Translations under genes and position numbers: made by a program
Notes under the pieces: generated by a model
Database searches by the model: none
What the model was told of the DNA's origin: nothing
Seen by the model: the letters and a program-made list of their open reading frames with translations, nothing else
Shown: positions 24,519-36,286 of the stretch, piece after piece
Layout of the letters: each line of letters starts with the position of its first letter
How positions within the stretch are numbered: the stretch's first letter is position 1
DNA from: Lepidodermella squamata
Taxonomy: Eukaryota > Animalia > Gastrotricha
Assembly: GCA_047495785.1 (NCBI GenBank)
Contig: JBLDXI010000015.1
Span: forward strand, 4,836,001 to 4,900,000
Length of the DNA stretch: 64,000 bases
Reading direction: 5' to 3'

Positions 24519-24994
24519 ATGTCATCACCTGGTACGAACAAAGCCGAAACTACAGAGGCGAAAATTCCCGACAAAAAGAAAACTGGCAACCTGGTTATTC
24601 CTAATAGGCAGCGATCCACATCGCTTGCCGTCGGTGACACTAGTTATCAGTCGGTGGTCAAATTTTCCAAGGAAGTTGACCAGGTAAGAAATGATATATA
24701 AGCTTGGGAATATTTTTGACCTCGTACATTTTTTATATGAAGCTGATGGAACGTAAAAAGAACGAACTCCGAAGAGATTCTGTTGTCAGCACCAGCTCTA
24801 TTCAGTCGATAAGTCGCGATACGGTTGATGCTCGATACCGCCGGACGTCAATTGTTGCGCTAATGAACGGCAATTCGGACATTCGCCATTCGGTAGCAAA
24901 CATTGAGCCGACTTTGGTCGATTTTCAATACGAGAAGGCCATCAAGAAGGCCAAGGACATTGGGCATACAGACATCTACGCTATGGGCTATTGA
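24519..24994 (+). CDS. Small disordered protein, GxxDI[YF] family member 6 (138 aa, 2 exons)
   Basis: Phase-0 intron 24684-24742 (CAG|GTAAGA...TGAAG|CTG) joins the two ORFs in frame; RQRSTS, RRDS, RRTS; C-terminal YEKAIKKAKDIGHTDIYAMGY. Confidence 0.75.
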
Positions 24995-25463
24995 CAAGAG
25001 ATTGCCATTTTATTATTATTTTTTTTATGATATAGCTAATCACAGTTTTACTGACTAGTTATGATACCCGAATTTTGAGACATGCTCGGTGAATTAACAA
25101 AATAAAATTCCTGATTTTTTCTTAAAAAAAGGTTCTCATCTTACCATACTAAAAGGCGAAGCACAGGGTCAAAGGGATAAGAATTCGAAGGTTTGGGTGA
25201 AACACGCTTCGACTGTCACAGCACGCGACAGGCACGCGCCCAGACTCAGCTGAGAAATAATACGATTTGAAATTTCGAGGCTACAAAGCCTGTTTCAACT
25301 ATTATTCCCCCTCGGCCCATCATTTCACATTGGATACTGCTAATTTTCTGAATTTTCGATAACTGGTTCAAATGTCTTTTTTTTATTTAATATCAGTTGT
25401 TCCCTTTCGGGCAGCAGATTTTTAGGAATAGAAAATTAAAGTAAGACATAAATAATCCTCGAA

Positions 25464-27023
25464 ATGGCAGGCAGATCTCAACCAGCGACCTGTAGATTAT
25501 TACCTGTTGTCATCATGTGCATCCTACTAAGCATTTCATCAGCACAAGAGGCAAGCGATCCAAACGACGAAGATGGTAAAGATGACGAAGAACCGGATGA
25601 ATTGGAGTTTTGCAGTCGAGATATGTCTACTCTCGAGCAGCTCATCATGGTTTTCCGGCATGGCGACCGAACTCCGGAGGACATCTTCCCAACAGACATC
25701 CACAAAGAGGACGCATGGCCGCTTGGTTATGGCCAGTTGACTGAGCGGGGCATTTTGCGGTCTTACGAACTTGGCCAGTGGTCAAGGTCGTGCTACAAGT
25801 CGCATCTCAGCGATATATTAACAACACGGCGAACGTATGTTAGGAGTTCAGATTATGATCGAACACTAATGAGCATCAAAGCTCATCTTGCTGGCGCTTA
25901 TCCTCAGGTATGACTAGAACCGAATTCATAAAAACCTTGATTTCAGGAATTATTTTCATAGATTTTAGGAGGGGATTTCCCGATTCACACAGTACCTGTT
26001 AAATCTGACAGGCTGTTACGCGGTCACAAAAACTGCCCTCGGTTTTCGGAACTCGGCGAAGAAATTGACTCGTCGGAACGTGCCCGCCGCGTGATAGAGG
26101 CCGATATGGATTTCTTAAAAATGATTGCCGAGAAATCAGGTCTTAATTTTAGTAATATTTTGGTGAGTTTCGTATGGTTTTGATTTATACACTGTATTTT
26201 GAAAATTTACGGCCAGAAACCAACTTTATATGTTGCCGACTCTGTGTTGGTCGAGCTTGAGAACAACATGCCTATTGTTGAATGGCTTAACGATGATAAC
26301 CTAATCGATAAGCTGGTGTTCTACAGCGATTTCGCATTCGAATTGTACTACAACAATGCGGAGATGGCAAAACTCGTCGGTGGCCCTTTGTTGCAGGTAA
26401 ATAATTCCTTTAATTTTTCGGTCCTGGACTATTGTTGTTGCAGGAAATTATTAACCGTATGAAAGACCGGGCTGACGATCAGTCAACCTTGGAGCATCTT
26501 CTCTACTCTGGTCACAGCACGGTCATGGGTGGCTTGTTAGGCAGCTTAGGCGCTATGAACAACCTGGAGCCACCTTATGCGGCTGCGGTGATTTTCGAAC
26601 TTCACAAAATCGATAACGTAGGTTTCGTTATTTTTAGCTCAGAATTCCCAAAATCGAACTTCATTTCAGAGCTACATTGTTAAGGTGTACTATCGCAACT
26701 CCTCGGATGAAGATCCTTATCCGTTGGAGATCGACGGCTGCGACAGCCACGAAGATCATGGTTGTACGCTGGATGAATTCGAACAAGCATTGGCGCATCG
26801 CGTATCTACGACACATGATCGCGACTGCGCGCTAAATAATAACGTATCTTTGGATCCATTCGCGAGTAACGCCGAGGATTCGCGAACTGGCGATGCGCGG
26901 TCGTCGTTGACGAACAAGTCATCTGAGATGGGCGATTCTGATCACCTGCAACCTCGCGTCGACTACGTACCCCCCATCGACGTGTCATTCGTCTCCAAAG
27001 CTGAGCCCCAAATCGCCAAGTAG
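25464..27023 (+). CDS. Second secreted histidine acid phosphatase (branch 2), paralogue of 17486-19069
   Basis: Signal peptide, FCSRDMSTLEQLIMVFRHGDRTP, GYGQLTERG, SSDYDRTLMS, FPIHTVP, CPRF, SGHST, PPYAAAVIFELH; short GT-AG introns. Confidence 0.9.
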
Positions 27024-27555
27024 ATTCGCATCTCATGAAATTTTATTTTCTCCATAAAAATCATGCCTGAAAATAATCAATTTCTCGCTGTGAACAAGTT
27101 TGATCTGCTGCCTTCGTTATTACATCGCGCTTCTTAAAAGCCTGTTTCAACCCCATTTGAGGATGTTGTTGTCTCTGCGTTATTCCTGTTGAAATCTCAT
27201 CACACAGAATTCGTTAAAAATGTTATTATTCTATTCAACAGTTGATAAAATACCAGCCGGTATATACGTGTGGAACATTTTTGTATGCAATCCTTAGTTG
27301 GCATGTGATATCATGTGAAATAAAATTATTCGCCTGGATTACAGAAAATAGCCTTTATTTTCATAATAATTATATGAATTTAGCTTCAAATAGCAGTGAA
27401 GAAGACTTGTGGAGCAATCCGGCGTCGGTTTTTTTCAGAGGGCAGTACTTCTTCGAGGTTATTACCGAAAAGCCGAAAAGGTCCTCGACGTTCGATCACA
27501 ACCCCAAAGTTATTATAAGCAGCATAGATTTTTTTCAAGTTTCAGCAGTCAAATT

Positions 27556-29020
27556 TTAGTCAAAATAAAAAAGGTCGCTATTCGGCTTGTTTTCGTCGAT
27601 CTGTGTACCGGCTACAATGGCGCTTGGCCGGTTGAGCTTCGGGTTGATGCTGACGGCGACTCGCCAGAGGCCGCAAATTTCGTAAGCGTCTCGCTGTTGG
27701 TACTGCCGCGCGTCCATAGACTGCCACATCGACAGCAGCTGCAGTTTACCAGCTTCATCATAAATCACCGCAAAAATCTGAAGACGATCATTACCACGAT
27801 CAGCGACAACTAAATTTCCAACCTAAAAAAAATGAGAGAAATTAAAAAAATTGCGGAAATAAATTAGGAAAAAATTACCGGATCGAAAACTAATTCACAA
27901 GGCCCGTTTAAGAAATCGCGTTGAATTGGCCGCTTTTTGTATGATGTGACTATCGCAGCACGGTCAAAGGCTATTTGAGTGACGGATGCGCCGTTTTGGC
28001 AAGCTTCAACGTAGCTCGAAAAGGCCTTGTTGTCGGTCGAGAACACTGAAATCGTGTTGTTGATGAAATCAGACACAGCTACGACGAGCAGCTGATCTTC
28101 GTCGTTGCTGTCGAAAGTTTCTTCATAGCTAGTCGTGCTGGCAGCGGGCGGGCGGCCCATCATCAGACCGGCCATTGATGCCGACGATGTCGAAGACAGT
28201 GTCTTGCGAACATGGGCGGATTTCGACACGAGAAACGACTTTGGCATGACGTGGAAGGCGCAGAAGCGCGGATCAACAGCGTACGAAGCGTCGCCCTCGT
28301 GCGCCCATTCGATGGAGCCGATGAGCCGGGCTGCGATTAAATCATAGCCAGACAACAGCCAGATAGACACGTCTCGGTCGCAGGCACAGGCGTACAACAC
28401 GCGCCGTTTAGCATCAACCGTCAAGCTTAAAAAATAACGGTTTGCCACATCTTTAGCCGACATGACTATTCGATCGAGGTAGGCTGGGGCTTCTTTGGAC
28501 GAGGCCGCTACTGCTGCTCGGCTAACGGTGAATAGCGACTGGTCATCGTAGAGAGCGGCAAGAACGAAATAGAAGCGATCGATGAGCGAGTCGTAGACGG
28601 CGTGGTAGACGCCGAACTTCGAAGTTGATTTATGCACGTCGCCTGGTGGTGGCATAATCCGACCTTCCCATTCCACTTTGCCCCAATCAGAGCTAGAGTA
28701 ACACTGAAAAGCAAGAAAACAACCTGAAAGTTTGCTCACAGAAGAGTAAAATCTTACTGTGACTTTTCCTTCAGTATCGACGACAATAATTCCGTGCTGA
28801 CCGGCTTCCATTATTGCCGCGACTCGTGATGTCAGCTCGGGTTTCCGTCTAGCATTGCTGCCGGTTTTAGCCTTCCGTTGCCAGCGGTGATAGTATTCAC
28901 CGGCGAATAGCCGCCGCCGACTAGAGTCATCTGTCTATAAATCATCGAAATAATGATGGAAATGATTGACTTTTAGATACCAACTTGTTTCAATTTCTGC
29001 TGGACGATTACGTCGGCCAT
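27556..29020 (-). CDS. NHL-repeat (beta-propeller) containing protein, multi-exon
   Basis: ATG 29020 (MADVIVQQKLKQ), intron, long ORF 28811-27864; splicing to the last exon gives LNGPCELVFDP-VGNLVVADRGNDRLQIF, a typical NHL repeat. VAVSDFINNTISVF is a second, degenerate repeat. Confidence 0.6.
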
Positions 29021-29956
29021 TTTGCAATGACTGATTGAAAAAAATGCGAGCTTGATATCTTGTTATTTTTTAGCTCTAGCGTAGAAAAAAATGATCGGCT
29101 TTCATCAAGTAATTCTTCGCAGTGGTAGTAGTAGTCGTCGTAGTGAGAATAAAACGTGTTTTTTTATGTGCAAATTTACGATGGGCAGCCTGCTAACACA
29201 CAGGTGTACTGCAGCATGGCTAATACGAAACCATGCATACAAAAAAGCGTAATAATATTGCTAACAAGTCTGCCCAGCTCGAGTAAACATTATCAGGGCC
29301 AGAGCGTATGTATAATGAAAAACCGCCGGTACACCGGTGTAATTTTATGCCGCAATAACCGCATGCTCGCATAGAGAGTAAGTAACGACGACGTATTTTT
29401 ATGAGTTTTCTTAATTTCGAATTTTGGTATCTCAACTTTTCTTGTCCGTTGTTCAGTGTAGCATGTGATAATGATGTTTAGTGAGTGACAGACACGGGGA
29501 CATATGTAATAAGCGCTCTGTTCATGTGGGTACTCCCTTTTGATTAGAGGGCGAAAATTGAAGCCGGTAATTGGCAGTCTTAACACGCCATAACTTATTC
29601 AACGAGCCAAATTTGCGACAAATTACTCGGCCTGCGTTGACATTCGATACGCAACAGATGACAACGACGTCGATTGATGGCCGGCGTAAAATGGCCAGCA
29701 GGAAATCCAAGACGACAATGCGATAAATAATAACTTTTGACTCTTAAAGACGCGAATCAGATAATAGCGCATGACGATATGGGCGTTGCGTGTTGAATAA
29801 TTAATGAAACCAGCGTTAATCAAATCATCGTCGTCGTTGTGCCATCGAAAGCTGTACAGCCGCCGAATATTAGCACATTTTGTACTTTGGTCGCCAAATA
29901 ATTTCATTGTTTTTATTGTTGTTTCTCATAATATCCGCTCTATTATTGTGAAAAAC

Positions 29957-30739
29957 ATGACGAACAACGACTCGAAAAACAACTTCAGCCGGTTTTGCGT
30001 CGAAGAAATTTTGCGTAAAAATAACGACGCAGCTGCCGGTGATACGGGTGAAAGTTCGAGTAACACTGATGATGATGATGATGAAGACGGACCTGTTGCT
30101 CCATCGGCAGCGAGACCTGATCTTCAACAATTGGCGAGACTATTTTCCAGCTGCGATCGGCTAGGTAAAACCGATATGAATAACTTCCCGCCAGCGCTTT
30201 TTCCCATGCCCCAGCAAATGTCGCCGCAAAACTTTCAGCAACTCCTCTACAACCAGTACTGCTTCCATCAAACTCCAAACAGCATGCCTTCGATCAGTGA
30301 CTATCTGATGATGTCAACTACTGGACGACCAAACCCGTCATTCCCTACAGGTGATGCGTCATCGGCCGCTATTATCTCTGCGCTGGCTGCCATCGCCGCC
30401 CAAACAGCGTCAGTTGTGCCTGGCAACGATCATCAGAACGGCGATAAGCAACCGAACGCTGCCAATAATCCTAATTACAAGTTGTACCGCGGGCGCCGCA
30501 AGGCTCGAACAGTTTTTACGGAAAGTCAACTGCGAGGCTTAGAGCATCGCTTCCGTGAGCAACGCTACCTGTCAACCCCGGAGCGACTCGACATCGCCGA
30601 GGCGTTGAATTTGTCAGAGACGCAAGTGAAAACCTGGTTCCAAAATCGGCGTATGAAGGACAAAAAAGTGGAGCGACGTGGCAAGGGTAGTGTTACCGCT
30701 GCACCCAGTTCGCCGACACCTTCGAGCCGAAATTCGTGA
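29957..30739 (+). CDS. bsx: Brain-specific homeobox (Bsx/Bsh family), intronless
   Basis: eh1-like FCVEEIL near the N-terminus; homeodomain [55 protein letters not shown] with Bsx-type YLSTPER and SETQVKTW. Confidence 0.88.
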   Translation: MTNNDSKNNFSRFCVEEILRKNNDAAAGDTGESSSNTDDDDDEDGPVAPSAARPDLQQLARLFSSCDRLGKTDMNNFPPALFPMPQQMSPQNFQQLLYNQYCFHQTPNSMPSISDYLMMSTTGRPNPSFPTGDASSAAIISALAAIAAQTASVVPGNDHQNGDKQPNAANNPNYKLYRGRRKARTVFTESQLRGLEHRFREQRYLSTPERLDIAEALNLSETQVKTWFQNRRMKDKKVERRGKGSVTAAPSSPTPSSRNS

Positions 30740-31603
30740 AAAATTGTGTGAAAAAATATATTTCATGTTCAATCTTTTTGTTGTTGATTTTTGTCGCTCG
30801 TCCGAGAGTAAAAAAGTTTCAATATATCTATATCAGAAGCAATATTTGTTCACTCTATTGTTGGTGAAAGCTTTTCATATGCGAAAGTCGCGCTCTTATA
30901 AATAAAATTTGATAATTCAACGTTTTCCGTGTGTTCTCATTCATATGGAGTTGGCTTTTGCGACAATTTTTCGAAAATTGCGGCGATGCGACTAAGGAGG
31001 AGTTTTTTGGCTAATTTTTCGTTCGGTATCGAAAAAGGGCTCATTCTGGCCTCTCGTAAAATTGTTAAATAAGGGAATACTCTATGGCTAGCCACGGAGA
31101 AATACAATTTCCCCTCGATCTGGAACCCTGGGTTCCAGGGAGTAATCGAACATGAAAATAGCATACAATTTTGAAATAAAAATTCCGCCTTAAAAATTTT
31201 AATTCAGCCACAGAGAATTTCCCAATTTCCCAATTCCACAATTTCCCAATGAGAAAATTTTACCATGCGCATGTAGGAATCATTATGCCACCTGTTGATA
31301 CCTGACTGATCTTAGACGTGTACCTGGCAGGTGAAATTTGACCGAATTTATAACTAAAACCGCGAACCAGCTGCGTCACGAAAAAGGAATTTTTCGAAAT
31401 GATAAAACTTGACAAATTAAAATTGAAAAAGAGAATGCCGCGAGACTTGGAACCGTTATATGGAATTTATTTTGCTTCAAGTGTTGTTTAAAGTGAATCT
31501 TCACATCGCAATTATAAACAGAGAAATAAATCGGCCGCAACAAGTTTTTCGTTTTTCAAAGTTTTCAATATTATGCGGCTGGCTTTGCTTCAGATCTGAA
31601 AAT

Positions 31604-34600
31604 TCAGTTCACGATGCGAATATCGCCCCAACGAATCTGCAGGTTTCGCGCAATTGGTCGATACAAGTAAGCAGCAATCGCGGCGCCGGTGAGTAGGGCG
31701 GCGCCAACACGGGCCTTGTGAAGGACGGAATCCTGCCAGGCGCGGTTGAGGCGGCACACCGAGTACGGCATGCGCGTGTACGAAACCGAGACGTAGAGCG
31801 GCACCCAGGCGCTGCTGGCGCCCAGCAGGCGGTACAGCGCGTAGTCGAACGATTTGCGCCAGCGGAACCACCACAGGTTGACCAGGTGGCGCATCTCGAC
31901 GTAGTTGTACTCGGCCAGGTCGCAGATCGCGTGCGCATCGACGACGCGTCTCTCCGCGTAGTTGATGATCGCGCGGCGGAACAGCTCCTTCGACACGGCC
32001 GTCTCGCCGGACCGCTTCAGTTCGGCCTCGACGGCTTCGTCGAGGACTTGACAGTCTTCAAAGCCGCAGTTCATGCCCTGCGCGTAGAAGGGCACCATAG
32101 CGTGAGCCGAGTCGCCCATCAGCAGAACGCGCCCGTCGGCGGCGTGATGCGGGCTCACGCGAACCGATGGCAGCCGGCCAGGCTTTGCTTTCGTCACTTT
32201 GTATTGGTCCAGCAAGCCTTGACGTCCACCTAAAACATAAATTAAATTAGTTTTAGCCTATGCACCCGTGAATATAGCGCAAAAAAAGCCTAGCTTTAGG
32301 TGACGAAATGTTGGAAATAAGCTATTTCTCATATTAAAAACTCGGAACTTGGAACAAAAGGTAATTCCACAAATTTTAGAAATTTTCTACTCTTGGCAGT
32401 TTTACTAACCATAGTCAATTAGTGGGTAATTTACTGAACGCTTCGTGAATTTTAAGACTCGGCATAGATTCTGGATTTGGATTTTGAAGAAAAATGAAGG
32501 AAATAAATTCTTCCCACATTTACGAAGTCGAAAATAAAACCCAACTTTTCACCTGATTTTCAGGTAGATCCTCTACTACTATTTTACTCTACATCGGTTT
32601 TCATGAGAGAAAGACAAGATTCAAGGAAACTTTCACCAATAAGATTCAACAATGCAATGCCCGTCTTGTTCTTCGAATCCTGAATCCGTAATGGCTATAT
32701 TGCAACTACTGCCTCCGTCGTTACTCCACCTGGAGCAGTGGCTGTGATTCTGGCCGTCCTTTATAAATTCAAACAAGAGAAGACCCATGCCGATTTCTAT
32801 TTTAGAAGGTCTCAGCTCGTAAATTTTCTGAAAATCAAATTTTGCTCCACTCTCAAATGCAAGTTTAATCTCAAACTACAGCTGATTAGGTGGAGAATGT
32901 ATTCAAAAGGCCATTTTGAAACGCATAACCCTTATAAATTGATCACCTGCTAGGTCTTAAGTGTCCACGCATCAATGGTGATCTCTTTATTTGGATTTCC
33001 TCTAATCTCTCCAATCGTTCTCAATTCGTAGTAGTTGATGATTCGTCAGGCTCTCATTCACCAGTAGAACGCGCTTAAATGTTTCAAATTTCGGTCATTT
33101 TTCATGTTGTTAATTTCACCATTTATTCCATGGTAATGTACTTATCAATGATCGGTGATGTACGCAATGCGGCAAATTCGTGGAACAAGCGAAAAAAGAT
33201 ATTGACGAATCCATCGAGACGACAGTTTCAAATGCCTATTCATTCTAATGTAATGTATCAACGATAATCAATTTATAAGGTATGTATTTCGGCCACCTCC
33301 GCCGCTTGTCGAGCGTTTGAAACAACAATCAAAATTAACATTCTTCATTTCGCATCAGGTAGCTAATTGTTTCAGAGCAACACGGCTTTTTTCTTCGCAA
33401 ATCCACCGCTTCCCATATGCTAGAATGCTCGTAGAATGACTGGTTTTACGCCATTGAATGCGACGAGTTCGTAGACATCATTTACTTAGATTTCGCCAGA
33501 GCATTTGTTACTGTTTGTCATTCTAAACTTCTCAACTTCTCAAAAAGCTAGCTCGAATAGGCTTCAATGGTGATCTCTTATTAGAGTAGATTTCCTTTCA
33601 TCTCTCCAATCGTTCTCAATTCGTAGTAGTTAACAATTCTTCAAGCGCTCATTCGCCGGTTACCAGTCGGGTACCTCAAGGTTCTGTCCTAGGTCACCTG
33701 CTCTTCCTTATATCTGATATCGTTCCTATTTTACCTGCAGGAGTCTCGATTAAGCTCTTCGCCGATGAAATGGCAAGTCATTCTGCTGAATTGCGATCGA
33801 TTAGAATCTGACATCCTCAAAACTTGACATTGATAAAAATCATTGACAACTTCGTCGAGCTGAAATTTCGCAACAAGTGCTTCTGAGACTCACTGCCTTG
33901 TTATGTTATTAATTCAATTTGTGATTCTTATGTTTTTAGATTTTTAAACAAAAATGGGGCATTTCTAACAGCGCCTCATTTCTTCTTCTTCCAAATTATC
34001 ATTAGCTCTCGATAACATTTTCACGTGGAACAACTTGGCCTTTCCATCGATAAGTCCTCCACCTGGGCCGTAGAAATCCTCATTTTTCCTATTCTCTTGG
34101 TCCGCATCAACTTCCTACCTTGTCTGATTATTGACGACGGTCTCACTTTTCGCCCTCATCTTAATACTATTATTACCAAAGCCTATAACTGAGTTAACGC
34201 TAACAATACTATTTCAAGTTGAATTTTCTAGGTGATCGCTTTGAATAACTCACCAAGTAAAGGCATAGTATCAGGAAAATTGGCCTCGAAGAAAGAAACC
34301 AGCTTATCAGCCGAATTCAGGTCGTCGAAAATGCTCATCGGCATGAAGAGGGTAGCTGTGAAGCTGTTGTCAGGGTTCGGCAGGCCCATCAGCATGAACT
34401 GGTCGCGCGCCCACAGGTGCAGGTAGTTGAGTTCCAGGGCGGGTTTGCCGTCTTTCAGCGGCGCAATGGTCAGCTCACGGTATCCATGTTCGATGTACTT
34501 GATTTCGAAATTCGTGCAACTCGACTCGATGACGCGATTTCGCAGGGCCGAGTAGGCACCATCACAGCCGAAAATGAAGTCGAATTCGTCGTAAACAGTT

Positions 34601-35164
34601 TCCTCCGAGCCGTCAGAGCCAGTCGTGAAAGTCAGGGTCAAAGCCTAGCAATAAAATTCAACAATTTCCCCGATAATTTAATCGATTTATTCTACCTCAG
34701 GATTGAACGTAGCAGAGTTGAGGCGGTGTTCGAAGCACAGTGTTACGCCCTTTTGTTCGATCGAGTCGAGCAGCAGGCAGTTGAGACGACGACGGTCGAT
34801 GGCGTAGTTGAACTGGTCGGGTAGCACGCCGTACTTCATCTCGTGGGTGTTCCCGTTCAGGTCGTGAACCATGCGACCCTTGACAGGGACTCCAGCCGAA
34901 ATAACGGCCTCGTCCAATCCAACTCGCTTCAACGCCGACAAACCCCTGTAGAATGAACCTTTGAAGTTGAAAGAATTATATCAGCAGTTGCAATGCTAGC
35001 CTTAGAGACAGGGCCAAATTGATCGATCGGCCTGCGACGGTGTCATCTTTGCGCAGGTCTTGCCTTTTATCAAATATGGTAACGCGGTGACCCCGTTCTA
35101 CCAGGTAAAACGCCTGCAAACAGCCGACCAGGCCAGCACCAACGACAGCAACATTACACGGCAT
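31604..35164 (-). CDS. KMO: Kynurenine 3-monooxygenase (cinnabar), 4 exons, intron 3 about 2 kb (34253-32230)
   Basis: [13 protein letters not shown] motif, [79 protein letters not shown]. Confidence 0.95.
33400..34200 (+). mobile_element. Decayed non-LTR retrotransposon reverse transcriptase fragment (CR1/L2-like) in the KMO intron, antisense to KMO
   Basis: Frameshifted translation gives [49 protein letters not shown] and [21 protein letters not shown]. About 90 bp of it is duplicated near 32972-33065. Confidence 0.8.
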
Positions 35165-36286
35165 GACTTTTTTATATCAAGTAAAAAATTTCTAATGTAA
35201 GGAAGAGCTGTGTCGTAAACAATAGCGTGGCGCATGGTGGTTTTGGACGTGTTTTTTTTCTTCCACCACACCATCTGGGCTAAATGCCAACATTTTTTTC
35301 GACCTAAAACAAGACTTGACCGGAAAACAACTGAAAACTTCCTTTTATTCGATTATTTTTTTACAAAAAACACATTGATTGTAAATAATTTCTTAGCTTA
35401 GAAACAAATTTCATTTTTTTTCGTTCGCTAAAATCGATCAGAGAGACAGGATATTCTCAAACCGTCTGTCATTTTTTCGTAATCGATTTCCGTGATTATC
35501 AAGAGAGAAAAAAGAAAAGATGTGCGAGAAGATCAGTTGAACCTTGTTGCAGACGCTTTTACGTTTCAACGATGTCAACAAGGCGTGACTAAGGCGACTA
35601 TTGAAACACAAACACACCGAAGAAGAGTGGTTGAAGCAACACTGTTAACGCTACACAAGCATTAACAAACAGGCGCGATTAAATTATAATAATAATAACA
35701 TGGAGACAACGTTCATCAACAAGGCACGCACTCGGATTTTCATTTATTGTAATCATCTAACGAGAGATTTCATTCGAAGCACGAAGTAAACCGGAATGGT
35801 GAACAAAAAAGTGATCGTGTGTACAGTGACAATTTTTTGCGACGGGATGAAATGTTTAAAATTATTAAGTATGTATTCAAGTACAGGCTATTAATACTGA
35901 AACAACTCCGATCGATATTTTAAACACATCATGTAAAACAGAGTAAGATTCGATTAATTACCAAAATCGCCTTATACACCTTAACGAAGGCTAGAAAAAA
36001 AAAAACTGGGCAAGTGAAAACTAAGTAGAAGGCGATGGTTTTATAGCCGGGTTTCAAGACTTAGCACGGTATAAAGGAATCGATCTTAAAGAGTGCCGCT
36101 GAATCAATTATTCACAATAAATATCAGAAGTAGCCCGATAAAAGAAATCCCACAACAAATCGGTAACAAAATGCACTAGTATTTCCGGGTGATTGAAATT
36201 TCAACATGATTTCAAAATATATTAAAAATATTTTTGTATTCACTCGAAAGAAGGAAGAACCTGAGGTTTACTGTCAACTCGCGCGG

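Noticed and set aside
29804-29956. N-terminal extension of Bsx shown in the ORF track
   Set aside because: The ATG at 29957 has a better context and directly precedes the eh1 motif; the upstream part looks like AT-rich 5' UTR.
31590-32233. Overlapping alternative-frame and antisense ORFs over the last KMO exon (similar ones occur over ENPP, ECI2, CDYL-like and NRPS genes)
   Set aside because: Explained by GC-rich codon usage of the real gene, which removes stops from other frames.
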